Positions 24,504 to 34,415 are shown, counted from the first letter of the stretch. The stretch is 51,871 nt of DNA from an uncultured Verrucomicrobiota bacterium (GCA_964436715.1 CAYTEK010000003.1:1-51871); one strand, 5' to 3'. Numbers and translations: made by a program. Notes: generated from the sequence alone by a model not told the origin.

Positions 24504-26153
24504 ATGAAAACCGCCGTTTCCATCTGGCTCCGGCAATTGGCTTCCGCGTTCATCCTGGACGGCGTTCCCGGCGCCTGCCGGGAAGCGTGCCGATGGCGGC
24601 ACAACCGGCGGTTGTTCGCAAGTCCGCGCGAACTGGCCCGACAACGCCGACAGATCTTCGCCGATTCCCCTCGCTTCGCCGTGGAACTCGCTTGGCGGAC
24701 CGTCGCGCCCGACGCGTTGGCCCGCACGTTGGATTCCCTCCTGGCCCAAACCCATGCGAACTGGGAAGCGCACGTCGCTCGGCCAACCGACGCGGCGGCC
24801 GCCGCCGTGGCGCAGGATTACGCCCGCCGCGATGCGCGCATCCGCGGCGCCGACGGGACCGCGGCGGAAACGACCGCCGATTACGTCGCCCGCCTGGACG
24901 CCGGCGATTTGCTCGCGCCGGAAGCCTTCTTCGAATTGGCGGTCGTCTGTCGAGCCGCGCGCCCGGACGTGCTGTTCACCGACGAAGCCGAATTCACCGG
25001 TTGCCCCGCGCGCATCGGCCGGATCCGCTTCAAGCGCAATTACGCGCCGGACGAACTGCGCGCCGGCGACGGCATCGGCCAGTTGCTCGTCGCGCGCCGC
25101 GACCTTTGGAACCGGCCGGGCATCGCCGGCGCAAACGGCCACGACCTGCGGCTGCGCCTGTGCGAACAGGCGCGGCGGATCGACCACGTGCCCCGGCCGC
25201 TGTTCTTTCAAAATGCCGACTTCGCCGCCGCCCCGGCGGCGGACGCGGCCGCCGTGCAAGCCCATCTCGAGCGCGTCGGGCTGGCGGGCCGAGCCGAACC
25301 GCTGTCCGACGCGCCGTTCTGCCGCATCCGCTACGCCCTCCGCGGAAATCCGACGATTTCCCTCGTGATCCCCAACCGCGACAGCCAGCCGCTGCTGGAA
25401 ACGTGCATCGCCTCCATTCAACGGCGCTCCACCTATCCGAATTTCGAAATCGTCGTCGTGGAAAACGGCAGCACGGCGCCCGGCCTGGCCGCATGCTACG
25501 CCCGGCTCGTCCGCGACTCGCGGATTCGCGTCGTGGAATATCCGCGCGGCCGGCCGTTCAATTTTTCCGCGCTGTGCAATTTCGGCGCGCGGCAAACCGG
25601 CGGCGAACACCTCTTGTTCCTGAACAACGACGTGGAAGTGCTCGCGCCGAACTGGCTCGAAGAAATGCTGGCGTTTTCCCAGCGCCCGGACGTCGGCGCC
25701 TGCGGCGCCCTGCTGCTGCAGCCCGACGGCACGATCCAGCATGCGGGCATCCTGCTGGACGGCCTGCCCCGGCATCGCGGCCGCGGCCGCGTCCCGCACG
25801 ACGACGGCGCCTTCCGGCATCCCCACGAGCTGGCGGCCGTCACCTTCGCCTGCTGCCTGACCCGGCGCGCGGTGTTCGAACAAGTCGGCGGACTCGACGA
25901 AGATTTTCCCGTCGCCTACAACGACGTGGATTACTGCCTGAAGGTTCGGCGCGCGGGCCTGCGGATCGTCTGGACGCCGCATGCGGAACTCCGCCACCGC
26001 GAATCCGCCACCCGCGGCCGCGATCTGACGCCCGCCAAGTTTCTCCGCTCCGTCGCCGAGGCCCGCCGGCTCCGGCGCAAATGGCCGGCGGAACTGAACG
26101 GAACCGATCCCGGCGCCAATCCCCATCTTTCCGGCCACCCGGCGGCGATCTGA
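24504..26153 (+). CDS. two-domain GT2-family glycosyltransferase
   Basis: The C-terminal half is a classic GT2: ISLVIPNRDSQPLLETCIASI...FEIVVVENGS...LLFLNNDVEV...QHAG...YNDVDYCLKVRRAG. The N-terminal half is a degenerate GT2-like domain. The start is ATG 24504. Confidence 0.85.
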   Translation: MKTAVSIWLRQLASAFILDGVPGACREACRWRHNRRLFASPRELARQRRQIFADSPRFAVELAWRTVAPDALARTLDSLLAQTHANWEAHVARPTDAAAAAVAQDYARRDARIRGADGTAAETTADYVARLDAGDLLAPEAFFELAVVCRAARPDVLFTDEAEFTGCPARIGRIRFKRNYAPDELRAGDGIGQLLVARRDLWNRPGIAGANGHDLRLRLCEQARRIDHVPRPLFFQNADFAAAPAADAAAVQAHLERVGLAGRAEPLSDAPFCRIRYALRGNPTISLVIPNRDSQPLLETCIASIQRRSTYPNFEIVVVENGSTAPGLAACYARLVRDSRIRVVEYPRGRPFNFSALCNFGARQTGGEHLLFLNNDVEVLAPNWLEEMLAFSQRPDVGACGALLLQPDGTIQHAGILLDGLPRHRGRGRVPHDDGAFRHPHELAAVTFACCLTRRAVFEQVGGLDEDFPVAYNDVDYCLKVRRAGLRIVWTPHAELRHRESATRGRDLTPAKFLRSVAEARRLRRKWPAELNGTDPGANPHLSGHPAAI

Positions 26154-26156
26154 GCC

Positions 26157-27560
26157 ATGCTGTTTCCAACGCCGGTTTTCCTGTTCATCTTCCTGCCCGT
26201 CGTCCTGGCGCTCTATTATCTGCCCGGAGGAAAACGCCGGCGGACGGCGCGAAACGGCCTGTTGTTCGCGGCCAGCCTGGCGTTCTACGCGTGGGGCGAA
26301 CCCGCGAACGTCCTGCTGCTGCTGGTCTCCATCGTCGTCAACTGGCTGCTCGGATTGCGGGCGGCGCAGCGCACGGGTTTTCTTTGCGGCAAAGCGGCCG
26401 TCGCGGCGGCCGTGGCCTTCAACTTGGGCCTGCTGTTCGCATTCAAATATCTCGGTTTTGCGGCGGCCAACCTGGAACTGCTGCTCCGCGTGGACGTGCC
26501 GGTGCCCCGCCCGGCCCTGCCCATCGGCATCTCGTTCTTTTCGTTCCAGGCGCTCTCGTACGTGATCGACGTCTATCGGCGCAAGCATCCGCCGCGCCGC
26601 AACCCGCTGGGCGTCGGGCTCTACGTCGCGTTTTTTCCCCAGCTGATCGCCGGTCCCATCGTGCGCTACGAAACCATCGCCGATGAAATCGACGACCGGC
26701 GAGAGAACGTCGCCGATTTCAGCCGGGGTGCCTGCCGGTTCATGCTCGGCCTCGCCAAGAAAGTCGTGCTCGCCAATCCCCTGGCGGTGGTGGCCGACAT
26801 GGCTTTCGGCGCCGAATCGGGCCTCTCCGCCGCCACCGCTTGGCTGGGCGTCGTCGCCTATGCGTTCCAGATCTACTTCGATTTCTCGGGCTACTCCGAC
26901 ATGGCGATCGGGCTGGGCCGCATGTTCGGATTCCATTTTCTCGAGAACTTCAACGACCCCTACGCCGCGACCTCCATCACCGACTTCTGGCGGCGCTGGC
27001 ACATCTCCCTGTCCACTTGGTTCCGCGACTACGTGTATATTCCGCTGGGCGGCAGCCGGGTGGACAGCCGGGCGCGGCTCGTGTTCAACTTGTTCGTCGT
27101 CTGGACGCTGACCGGCCTTTGGCACGGCGCCAACTGGACGTTCGTGCTGTGGGGCGCGCTATATTTCGCGCTGCTCGCGCTGGAAAAGCTCACGGGCTTC
27201 GCGCAACGCCTCGGCCGCTGGGGGCACGTCTACGCCCTGTTTTTCGTGCTGCTCGGCTGGGTGCTCTTCCGCGCCCGCGACCTTGCCCATGCCGCGGCCT
27301 ACGTGCAAACCCTGTTCGGCCTGAACGGCGCTCCGCTGGCGGACGGCACGTTCGTCTTCTACCTGCTGGACTACAAGATCTACCTCTGCGCCGCGCTGCT
27401 CGCCTGTCTGCCCGTCCGACACCGGCTTGCGGCCTGGCCCGCGTGGCGCTCGCGAATCGGAGGCGCGGCCTACGTCGCGGGCGTCGCGCTGGTTTTCCTG
27501 ATCGGCCTCTCCTTCATCGTCAAGAGCGACTACAATCCGTTCATCTATTTCAACTTCTAG
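26157..27560 (+). CDS. MBOAT-family membrane O-acyltransferase (AlgI/DltB-like)
   Basis: MLFPTPVFLFIFLPVVL...ISFFSFQALSYVIDVYR...FPQLIAGPIVRY...FWRRWHISLSTWFRDYVYIPLGG (conserved His). Confidence 0.92.
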   Translation: MLFPTPVFLFIFLPVVLALYYLPGGKRRRTARNGLLFAASLAFYAWGEPANVLLLLVSIVVNWLLGLRAAQRTGFLCGKAAVAAAVAFNLGLLFAFKYLGFAAANLELLLRVDVPVPRPALPIGISFFSFQALSYVIDVYRRKHPPRRNPLGVGLYVAFFPQLIAGPIVRYETIADEIDDRRENVADFSRGACRFMLGLAKKVVLANPLAVVADMAFGAESGLSAATAWLGVVAYAFQIYFDFSGYSDMAIGLGRMFGFHFLENFNDPYAATSITDFWRRWHISLSTWFRDYVYIPLGGSRVDSRARLVFNLFVVWTLTGLWHGANWTFVLWGALYFALLALEKLTGFAQRLGRWGHVYALFFVLLGWVLFRARDLAHAAAYVQTLFGLNGAPLADGTFVFYLLDYKIYLCAALLACLPVRHRLAAWPAWRSRIGGAAYVAGVALVFLIGLSFIVKSDYNPFIYFNF

Positions 27561-27566
27561 CCGGCC

Positions 27567-28886
27567 ATGAGTTCCGCCGCCCATTTTTTCGACCGCCACG
27601 CCGCCGGCGCCCTGCTGTTCTTGGCCGTCCTCTATGCCGGTGGCGGCCACTATGGCCTCGTGCGGTGGCGCTTGGCGAACGCGCCGACCCCGGCGGCGAT
27701 TCCCGCGCCCGATTGGGAAGCCGAGTATCCCTTCCCGGCCGGCCTCGAACCCCCGCCCCGCGTCGCCGCTTCTCCAAGCCCCGCCGACGATGAAACGGCC
27801 GCCCCCGCGGGGCGCTTCAAGGCCCGCGCGCCACGCCGAATCCAGCGCATCGAGACTTTTGCCCGCGAAAACGCCCTGCTGCGCCTTCCGCTTTCCGAAG
27901 CGAACATGGCTTTCCGGCGATTCGCGGGCATGCGGCTGTTTCCCGACGCCGACGACGTCCTGCGCTTGAACAACGGTTGGCTGGACCTGCCCAGCGTCGC
28001 GGCGGACGTCGATTACGACGCCGATCAAATCGCCGCGTTGCGCGACCATTGCGCCGCCCGGGGCATGGGATTCCTTTACGTCGCGGCTCCCGGCAAATGC
28101 GACCGGTTGGATACCCAACTTCCCGCGGGATTCGCGGATTTCGCCAACCCCAACGTCGATCGTTTCGCGGCCCGGCTGGCGGAACGCGGCGTGCCTTGCC
28201 TGGATCTGCGCGAGCCCCTCCGCCGGGATTTCGCGGATCGCTGGAACGCGTTTTTCCGCACTGATCACCACTGGAAGCCCGAAGCGGGTTTGTGGGCCGC
28301 CGGCCAGATCGCGGCGGAATTGAATCGGCGCTTCGATTTCGGCATCCCCGCCGGCCTGCTGGCCCCCACCCACTACGCCGTCGAAGTCCGGCCGGCATTT
28401 TTCCTGGGCTCGCTGGGCAAGAAAGTCACCCGCGCCTACGTCGCGCCCGACGATTTTTCCCTGCTGACGCCCAAGTTCAAAAGCCGCTTGAGCCTGGACA
28501 TTCCGACTCGCCGCGTGCGGCAAACGGGATCCTTCCGCCGGGCGCTGATCGATGCGCGCCAGATCGCCCGGCGCAATCTCTATGGCCGCAATCCCTATGC
28601 CGCCTACCTCTACGGCGATTCCGCCTTTCTCGCGATCACCAACCATCTTCGGCCGGACGGCCGGCGACTGCTGGTGGTGAAAGATTCGACCGCCAACGTC
28701 GTCCTGCCGTTTCTGGCGCTCGGCACGGCGGCGCTGGAAGCCGTGGACCTGCGGCATTTCAACGGCAGTCTCCGCGCGTTGATCGACCGCCGCCGACCGG
28801 ACGCCGTGGTGGTGCTCTATGGCGCCCGAAGCATCCGCACAACCACGCCGGCGACTCCGCGCAACGGCTGTTTCCGGCTCGAATGA
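27567..28886 (+). CDS. DHHW-family protein (AlgJ/AlgX-like SGNH partner of MBOAT)
   Basis: An N-terminal TM and the signature FFRTDHHWKPEAG. It lies directly downstream of the MBOAT gene. Confidence 0.8.
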   Translation: MSSAAHFFDRHAAGALLFLAVLYAGGGHYGLVRWRLANAPTPAAIPAPDWEAEYPFPAGLEPPPRVAASPSPADDETAAPAGRFKARAPRRIQRIETFARENALLRLPLSEANMAFRRFAGMRLFPDADDVLRLNNGWLDLPSVAADVDYDADQIAALRDHCAARGMGFLYVAAPGKCDRLDTQLPAGFADFANPNVDRFAARLAERGVPCLDLREPLRRDFADRWNAFFRTDHHWKPEAGLWAAGQIAAELNRRFDFGIPAGLLAPTHYAVEVRPAFFLGSLGKKVTRAYVAPDDFSLLTPKFKSRLSLDIPTRRVRQTGSFRRALIDARQIARRNLYGRNPYAAYLYGDSAFLAITNHLRPDGRRLLVVKDSTANVVLPFLALGTAALEAVDLRHFNGSLRALIDRRRPDAVVVLYGARSIRTTTPATPRNGCFRLE

Positions 28887-28974
28887 TCCCGCCCGCCCGC
28901 CGAGGCGCGTTCCGGCCGCCGGCGACCGAAAATAGCTTTGCGCCCCGTGCAGAGACGGAATATGGTTCCTCGAC

Positions 28975-30915
28975 ATGGTGCCGATCATCTCCAAACCGCG
29001 CCGGCGGCTGGGCATTTTCCTGTTCCACGATCCCGACGGCATCGTCGACGACTACGTCGTCCACCTGCTGCGAGACCTGCGGCGGAATCTCGCGGACTTG
29101 ATCGTCGTCGCCAACGGACGATTGTCGGACGCCGGCCGGCGCAAGCTGGAAGAATTCACGCGCGAGATCCACGTGCGCCCCAACGAAGGCTTCGACGTCG
29201 GCGCGTGGCGGGAAGCCCTGCTGGAACGATGCGGCTTCGACCGGCTGCGAACCTACGACGAACTGGTGCTGTGCAACGATTCCTTCTTCGGACCGTTCTA
29301 TCCCTTCGCCGAGGTGTTCCGCGAAATGGAACGGCGCGGCGACGACTTCTGGGGCCTGAGCGTCCACGGCGAAGCCCCCGGCCTCGGGCTTTCGCCCTAC
29401 GGCTACCGCCCCCGCTACCTGCAAACCTATTTCCTCACGTTCGGGCCGCGCCTGCTGGCGGCGCCCGCGTTCCTCGAATTCTGGCAAAACCAGCCGGCCT
29501 GCCGGCGGTTCGAGGAACTGGCCGAACGGTTCGCGGCCGTGCTGACGCGACATTTCGCGGATCTCGGCTTCTCGTGGAGCGCCTACTGCGACACCGCCGA
29601 CCTGGAAATCGGGCGCGACAAGAACTACGATCCGCACACGTTCAGCCTGTACGAACTCGTGTCCCAGCGGCGCTATCCCGTCCTCAAGCGCCGGTCGTTC
29701 CGCGTGCCCCGGGAAACCTATCTGCGCTTCGGCGCCGGCGACGAACTGGCCAAAACGCTGGATTACGTCCGCCGCCACTACGATTTCGACCTGGACCCGA
29801 TGTTCGCCCATTTGCTGCGGCGCGGCGACGCCGCGGCCTTGAAGGACGCCTTGTGCCTGAACCACGTTTTGCCCGTCGCGGGCGCGGCGCCGCCGTTTCC
29901 GGCCGGCAAGAAGGTTGCGGTCGTCGCCCATCTGTTCTATCCCGAACTCTTCGCCTGGTGCGAGCGCTACCTGCGTCCGCTCCCGCCCGAGATCGACCTC
30001 TTCGTCACGACCGACGCGGACGACAAGAAAGCGGAACTCGAGCGGCGGTTCGCCGACTGGCCCGGCCGCCGGCCGACGGTGCTGCGGGTCGAACCGCGCG
30101 GGCGAGATTGGGGCGCGCTGCTGGCGGGTTGCGGCGACCGGCTGGCGGGCTACGACTATCTGGGCTTCGTGCACGACAAGAAATCGGCGCAAAAGGAATA
30201 CCCCACCGTCGGCGCGGGGTTCCGCGATCTGCTCTGGGAAAACGTGCTCGCCGGCGAAACCTACGTGCGCCACGTCGTCGCCGCGTTCGAGGCCAATCCG
30301 CGGCTCGGCCTGCTGGTGCCGCCCGGCCCCCTCCACGGCACCTATTTCAAATCCGGCCTGGACCGCTGGACGATCTGCTACGACGAAACCGTCCGGCTGG
30401 CGCAGAAGCTCGGGCTGGCGACGCGCATCGATCGGAACCAGCAGCCGCTGGCCGTCGGTTCCGTCTTCTGGTGCCGGCTGGACGCCTTGAAACCGCTGTT
30501 CGCCGCGCCGTGGCGCGCCGCGGACTTCCCGCCCGAGCCGCTGGCCCACGACGGCACCGTCAACCACGCGCTGGAGCGCATCCTGCCTTTCGTCGCGCAA
30601 TCCCAGGGCTATCTGACCGGCTGGGTCCTGACCGACCGTCAAGCCGCCGTCGAAATCGCCAACCTCCGCTACATGCTGGACGAAACCCGCCACGCCCTGG
30701 ACGGCACGCCCGGTTTGAACTTCGCCACTTTCGCGGCTTTCCGAAAATCGCTGGCGACGCTGCGGCGCACGCTGCGGTTGACCGGCCTGGGCGTCGCGCT
30801 GGACGGCCTCCACAAACTGGCCGATGTCGCGATTCGACGCAGTCCGGCTCGCCTCCGGCGCTGGGGCGCGCGGTGGCGGCTGCGCGCGGCGGGATCCGAC
30901 GGAGCGGCTCGATGA
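28975..30915 (+). CDS. rhamnan synthesis protein F (RgpF)-family glycosyltransferase, duplicated domain
   Basis: RLGIFLFHDPDGIVDDYVVHLL...NEGFDVGAWREAL...CNDSFFGP...DFWG, and a second half with VAVVAHLFYPEL...NRGRDWGAL-type motifs (VEPRGRDWGALL). Confidence 0.8.
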   Translation: MVPIISKPRRRLGIFLFHDPDGIVDDYVVHLLRDLRRNLADLIVVANGRLSDAGRRKLEEFTREIHVRPNEGFDVGAWREALLERCGFDRLRTYDELVLCNDSFFGPFYPFAEVFREMERRGDDFWGLSVHGEAPGLGLSPYGYRPRYLQTYFLTFGPRLLAAPAFLEFWQNQPACRRFEELAERFAAVLTRHFADLGFSWSAYCDTADLEIGRDKNYDPHTFSLYELVSQRRYPVLKRRSFRVPRETYLRFGAGDELAKTLDYVRRHYDFDLDPMFAHLLRRGDAAALKDALCLNHVLPVAGAAPPFPAGKKVAVVAHLFYPELFAWCERYLRPLPPEIDLFVTTDADDKKAELERRFADWPGRRPTVLRVEPRGRDWGALLAGCGDRLAGYDYLGFVHDKKSAQKEYPTVGAGFRDLLWENVLAGETYVRHVVAAFEANPRLGLLVPPGPLHGTYFKSGLDRWTICYDETVRLAQKLGLATRIDRNQQPLAVGSVFWCRLDALKPLFAAPWRAADFPPEPLAHDGTVNHALERILPFVAQSQGYLTGWVLTDRQAAVEIANLRYMLDETRHALDGTPGLNFATFAAFRKSLATLRRTLRLTGLGVALDGLHKLADVAIRRSPARLRRWGARWRLRAAGSDGAAR

Positions 30916-32705
30916 AGCCGCTCGCCGAATCCGCCCCCCTCTTCGGTTGCGACGCTCCCGAGCGGTTGCGCTATTCCCGGCTGGAACGAGAACTGCTCGA
31001 TGCCGTCCGGCATCATTCGGAAAGCGAATTCAATCGGCTCGTCCTGCGGAAAAACGACCGCGAACTCGCCCGCGAACTGTGCTTCGAGCGGCGCAACGGC
31101 ATCCAATGGCTGCCCGTCGCGAAAACCGAAACGGTGCTGGAAATCGGCGCCGGCGCCGGTGCCCTCACCGGCGCGTGGGCCGACAAGGCCGCCCGCGTCG
31201 TCGCCGTCGAACTCTCCCCCGCCCGCGCCGCGATCAACGCGATCCGGCAGCGCGGCCGCGACAACGTCGAAATCCACGCCGGCGCCTTCGCGGAAACGGA
31301 GCGGCGGCTGGCGGACCGCAAATTCCACGTGATCGCGCTGATCGGTTCGCTGGGCGCGGCCGCGGATTTCGTCGGGCCCGACGGCGATCCACGGCGGCGC
31401 CTGCTGGAACGGTTGCGACCGCGGCTGGCGGACGGCGGACGGATCGTCGTCGCCGCGCCCAATCGCTACGGCCTCAAGTTCTGGGCCGGCGGCGCGGAAG
31501 ACGATGTGGAGCCGCCATTTGGCCGCCTGGAAAGCCAGGCGGAAGCGACTGCAAGCGGCGCCTTGTCGCGCGCGGAATTGGCGCAGTTGGCTCGCGACAG
31601 CGGTTTCGCGAGCGCCGTATTTTTCTATCCTCATCCCGATTTCCGATTTCCCAGCTGCATCTATTCCGACGAGCGCCTGCCCCGGCCGGGCGAATTGGGC
31701 TGCAACGCGTTTCCCTGGGATGCCCGGCAAAGCCAGCTCTTCCAGCCGGGCAAGACGTTTGACGAGCTGATCCGCGAAAACCAATTTCCGTTTTTCGCAA
31801 ATTCGTTTTTGGCCGTGCTGGCGCCGGAAGCGCCGCGCGCCGCGGCGGCGGACGGCCGCCGGATCGTCTACGCGAAATTCTCGACGATGCGCCGGCCGGA
31901 ACGCCGCATTCGCACCGATCTGCTCGTGGACGAACGCGGCGCGCCGATCATCCGCAAATCGCCGACGGCGGCGGCGGGCCAGGCGCACGTGGACGGATTG
32001 CAGCGCCACTTCGAGCAATTGTCCCGGCTCTGCGCCGGCACGCGCTTCGCCGTCAACCGCTGCGAACTGCGCGGCGGCGGCGCCGAATTCGAATTCCTCG
32101 CGGGGCCGACGCTGGCCGACGAGGCGCTCGACCGGCTGCGCCGGAACGATCGCGCCGGATTCCTCGCCGCGATGGCGGACTTCTGCGCCGCGGTCCAGGC
32201 GCTCGCGACGGAAGAATTCCGGCCCACCGCCGAATTCCGGGCCGTCTTCGGCGCCGTCCGCCTGCCGTCGGGGCTGAAATCCGCGCCCGTCACCGACGTC
32301 GATCTGATCCTGCCCAACCTCTTTGCGCGCGACGGCCGCTGGCACGTGATCGACTACGAGTGGACCTTCGATTTCCCGATTCCGGTCGGTTACGTGCTCT
32401 ACCGAACCTTCCGCTACCTGTATTCCTACAACGAATGGATCGGACGGAAATTCGGCGGCCTGCACCGGGAATTGTACCGCTTGGCCGGCATCGCCGGCGA
32501 CGTGCGCCGCTACAAGCGCATGGAATGGGCCCTGCAACAGCACCTCGTGCCGCGGCCCGGTTTCGTCCAGGATCTCGCACCGCGCCGCCAGCTGCGGCTC
32601 CGGCCCGATCGGTGGCTTCCGCTTCGCAACGCGTGGCGCCGCTTGCCGCCCGGAATGCTTTCCTGGCTGGCCCGGGCGCAGGCCTGGACGTCCGACCTGC
32701 CGTGA
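30912..32705 (+). CDS. class-I SAM methyltransferase fused to a kinase-like domain (WbdD-like candidate glycan chain terminator)
   Basis: SAM motif I is VLEIGAGAGALTG. The C-terminal part has the protein-kinase/APH-like catalytic signature DVDLILPNLFARDGRWHVIDYEW (D-x4-N ... IDxE). Start ATG 30912 overlaps the RgpF TGA (ATGA). This is the in-frame C-terminal part of track ORF 28938..32705. Confidence 0.65.
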   Translation: MKPLAESAPLFGCDAPERLRYSRLERELLDAVRHHSESEFNRLVLRKNDRELARELCFERRNGIQWLPVAKTETVLEIGAGAGALTGAWADKAARVVAVELSPARAAINAIRQRGRDNVEIHAGAFAETERRLADRKFHVIALIGSLGAAADFVGPDGDPRRRLLERLRPRLADGGRIVVAAPNRYGLKFWAGGAEDDVEPPFGRLESQAEATASGALSRAELAQLARDSGFASAVFFYPHPDFRFPSCIYSDERLPRPGELGCNAFPWDARQSQLFQPGKTFDELIRENQFPFFANSFLAVLAPEAPRAAAADGRRIVYAKFSTMRRPERRIRTDLLVDERGAPIIRKSPTAAAGQAHVDGLQRHFEQLSRLCAGTRFAVNRCELRGGGAEFEFLAGPTLADEALDRLRRNDRAGFLAAMADFCAAVQALATEEFRPTAEFRAVFGAVRLPSGLKSAPVTDVDLILPNLFARDGRWHVIDYEWTFDFPIPVGYVLYRTFRYLYSYNEWIGRKFGGLHRELYRLAGIAGDVRRYKRMEWALQQHLVPRPGFVQDLAPRRQLRLRPDRWLPLRNAWRRLPPGMLSWLARAQAWTSDLP

Positions 32706-32714
32706 AGCGGCCGG

Positions 32715-33446
32715 TCACGGCCGCGCGCGGCGAGCCGGCGGGGAAATGCCGAACAGTTCGTCCTTGAGCCAAGCGCCGTACGAATATTTCCAGTCCAGGA
32801 AATCGGGATCGTCGCGCAGCCGCGGATTCGCCGCCGCGATTTCCGCCTTCCGCTCCCGGGGCACGCGCCGGTTGAGGCAGTAGAGATCCTTCTTTTTGTA
32901 GTGCGCCGCCTTCCGGGCCAGATAGACGAATCCGAACACGATGGCGGGATTCAGAATCCGGACGCCGTGGGCCGCGAACGTGGCCGGACAGAACCGATCG
33001 TCGGTCAGCGCGCCGGCCGGCACGTCGAGCGTCAACTGGTGCGGCTTGTATTCGAACATGCATCGGTCCGCCGCACGCCGGAAGAAAATCACGTCGTAGG
33101 AAACGCCCCGCCAGATGAAGGAGACGTTGCCAGTCCATTTGACGCGCACCGCGACGCCCAAGCCCGCCAAGATTTCCAGCAAGCGGACGCGCTCCTTTTC
33201 ATCGACGTTCAGGTCCACGTCCTTGAAACGCCGAAATTGCCGCCCCTCCAACAGGGACACGAGAAATCCGCCGGCCACGAAATATTCGACGCCCCGGTCG
33301 TCCAGCATCCGCGCGAATTCCCGGAGGTTCGCCAACACGCGCGAAAATCGGTTCCGGCAGAACACGTACAAGCCGGCGAAGCGGACGATCCGGCGCGCGC
33401 GCACGAACCAGGCCGTTTCTTTCCATCCGCCCGGTCGATTTTGCAC
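32715..33446 (-). CDS. nucleotidyltransferase-fold protein (LicD/MNT-like)
   Basis: LREFARMLDDRGVEYFVAGGFLVSLLEGRQFRRFKDVDLNV resembles the G-G ... D-x-D nucleotidyltransferase motif. The start is GTG. Confidence 0.45.
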   Translation of the reverse strand: MQNRPGGWKETAWFVRARRIVRFAGLYVFCRNRFSRVLANLREFARMLDDRGVEYFVAGGFLVSLLEGRQFRRFKDVDLNVDEKERVRLLEILAGLGVAVRVKWTGNVSFIWRGVSYDVIFFRRAADRCMFEYKPHQLTLDVPAGALTDDRFCPATFAAHGVRILNPAIVFGFVYLARKAAHYKKKDLYCLNRRVPRERKAEIAAANPRLRDDPDFLDWKYSYGAWLKDELFGISPPARRARP

Positions 33447-33464
33447 GGCGCCTCTTTTCCGCCC

Positions 33465-34406
33465 CTACGCTTGCGGCTCCGCCGCGCTGGCGGCGCCCCG
33501 CAGCAGCCGTCGGCCGCCGGCCAGCAGCGCCCGGCACAAGAGGCCCGCCGATTTCCGCGACGTTTGCCGCCAATCGAGTCCGATGGCGCGCGCGCCCAGC
33601 GCCGCCGCCGCTCCATGCGCGCCGGCGGCGTGCAGGCGCGCCGCAGCGCGCCACATGGCTTGGCACGCGCCGCGGCGGGCGTTGCGCCGCAAGACGCGGG
33701 CCTCCGCCGGCGAAAACAGCGCGGCGTGCTTGGCCAAGATCCGGTCGGCCAGTTCCACGTGCCGGAAGCGCGCCCGGCCGACGCCGCTGATGCTGTCGCC
33801 ATGCACGCGCACGTGCATGCGCCCGCCCGGCAGCCGCTCGCCCCGGAATCCCTTTTCCGCCAGCGTCAGATAGAAATCGTAATCCCCCTGCCCATCGTTG
33901 AATTTTTCGTCGAAACCCGCCTGGCGGGCGGCGTCCAGGCGGATCAGGGAACTCATCACCAAAAAATTGCCGCGCTTCAATTGGGCCAAGCTGAAGTCCG
34001 GAAACGTCCGTTCGTCTTCGATCTCGCCGAAGCGCCGGACGTCGGGATAGACGAAGGCCAGGGACGCATCGCGCGCCGACCGCGCGACGATGGCCAAGGC
34101 CTGTTCCAGGAAATCGGGGTCGATCCAATCGTCGGCGTCGAGATTCAGGAACCAATCGCCCCGCAATTCGGCCAGCATGGCTTGGCGGATGGCGTAGACG
34201 CCCACGTGGTCGAACCGGCGGTATTTCACCGCGCCGCCGTAGCGCGCCAGCACGGCAGCCGTGTCGTCCGTCGAACCGTCGTCGGCCACGACGATCTCCA
34301 GCGGCGGCACCGTTTGCGCCAGCGCGCTGTCGATGGCCTGGGGCAGATAGCGGGCGTAATTGTACGTCGGGATCAGCACCGACACCGTGGGCACGTCAGG
34401 ATTCAT
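33465..34406 (-). CDS. GT2-family glycosyltransferase
   Basis: VSVLIPTYNYARYLPQAIDSALAQT...EIVVADDGSTDDT...LNLDADDW. The track start 34412 is TTG; I prefer ATG 34406. Confidence 0.88.
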   Translation of the reverse strand: MNPDVPTVSVLIPTYNYARYLPQAIDSALAQTVPPLEIVVADDGSTDDTAAVLARYGGAVKYRRFDHVGVYAIRQAMLAELRGDWFLNLDADDWIDPDFLEQALAIVARSARDASLAFVYPDVRRFGEIEDERTFPDFSLAQLKRGNFLVMSSLIRLDAARQAGFDEKFNDGQGDYDFYLTLAEKGFRGERLPGGRMHVRVHGDSISGVGRARFRHVELADRILAKHAALFSPAEARVLRRNARRGACQAMWRAAARLHAAGAHGAAAALGARAIGLDWRQTSRKSAGLLCRALLAGGRRLLRGAASAAEPQA

Positions 34407-34415
34407 GGACAAATT

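Noticed and set aside
21716-26686. Very long track ORFs, such as 21716..26686 (+, 1656 aa), 1955..4066 (+), 16996..20301 (-), 24426..27125 (-), 28759..30813 (-), 32901..36434 (+), 10346..13849 (-, its upstream part) and 48648..51659 (+).
   Set aside because: Their translations are R/P/G/A-rich low-complexity strings with no recognisable domains. They lie antisense to, or out of frame with, genes that have clear family signatures. Stop-poor alternative frames like these are expected at this GC content.
28938-30911. The N-terminal 658 aa of track ORF 28938..32705.
   Set aside because: This part is an out-of-frame read-through across the RgpF gene and is Arg/Pro-rich junk. The real protein starts at ATG 30912.
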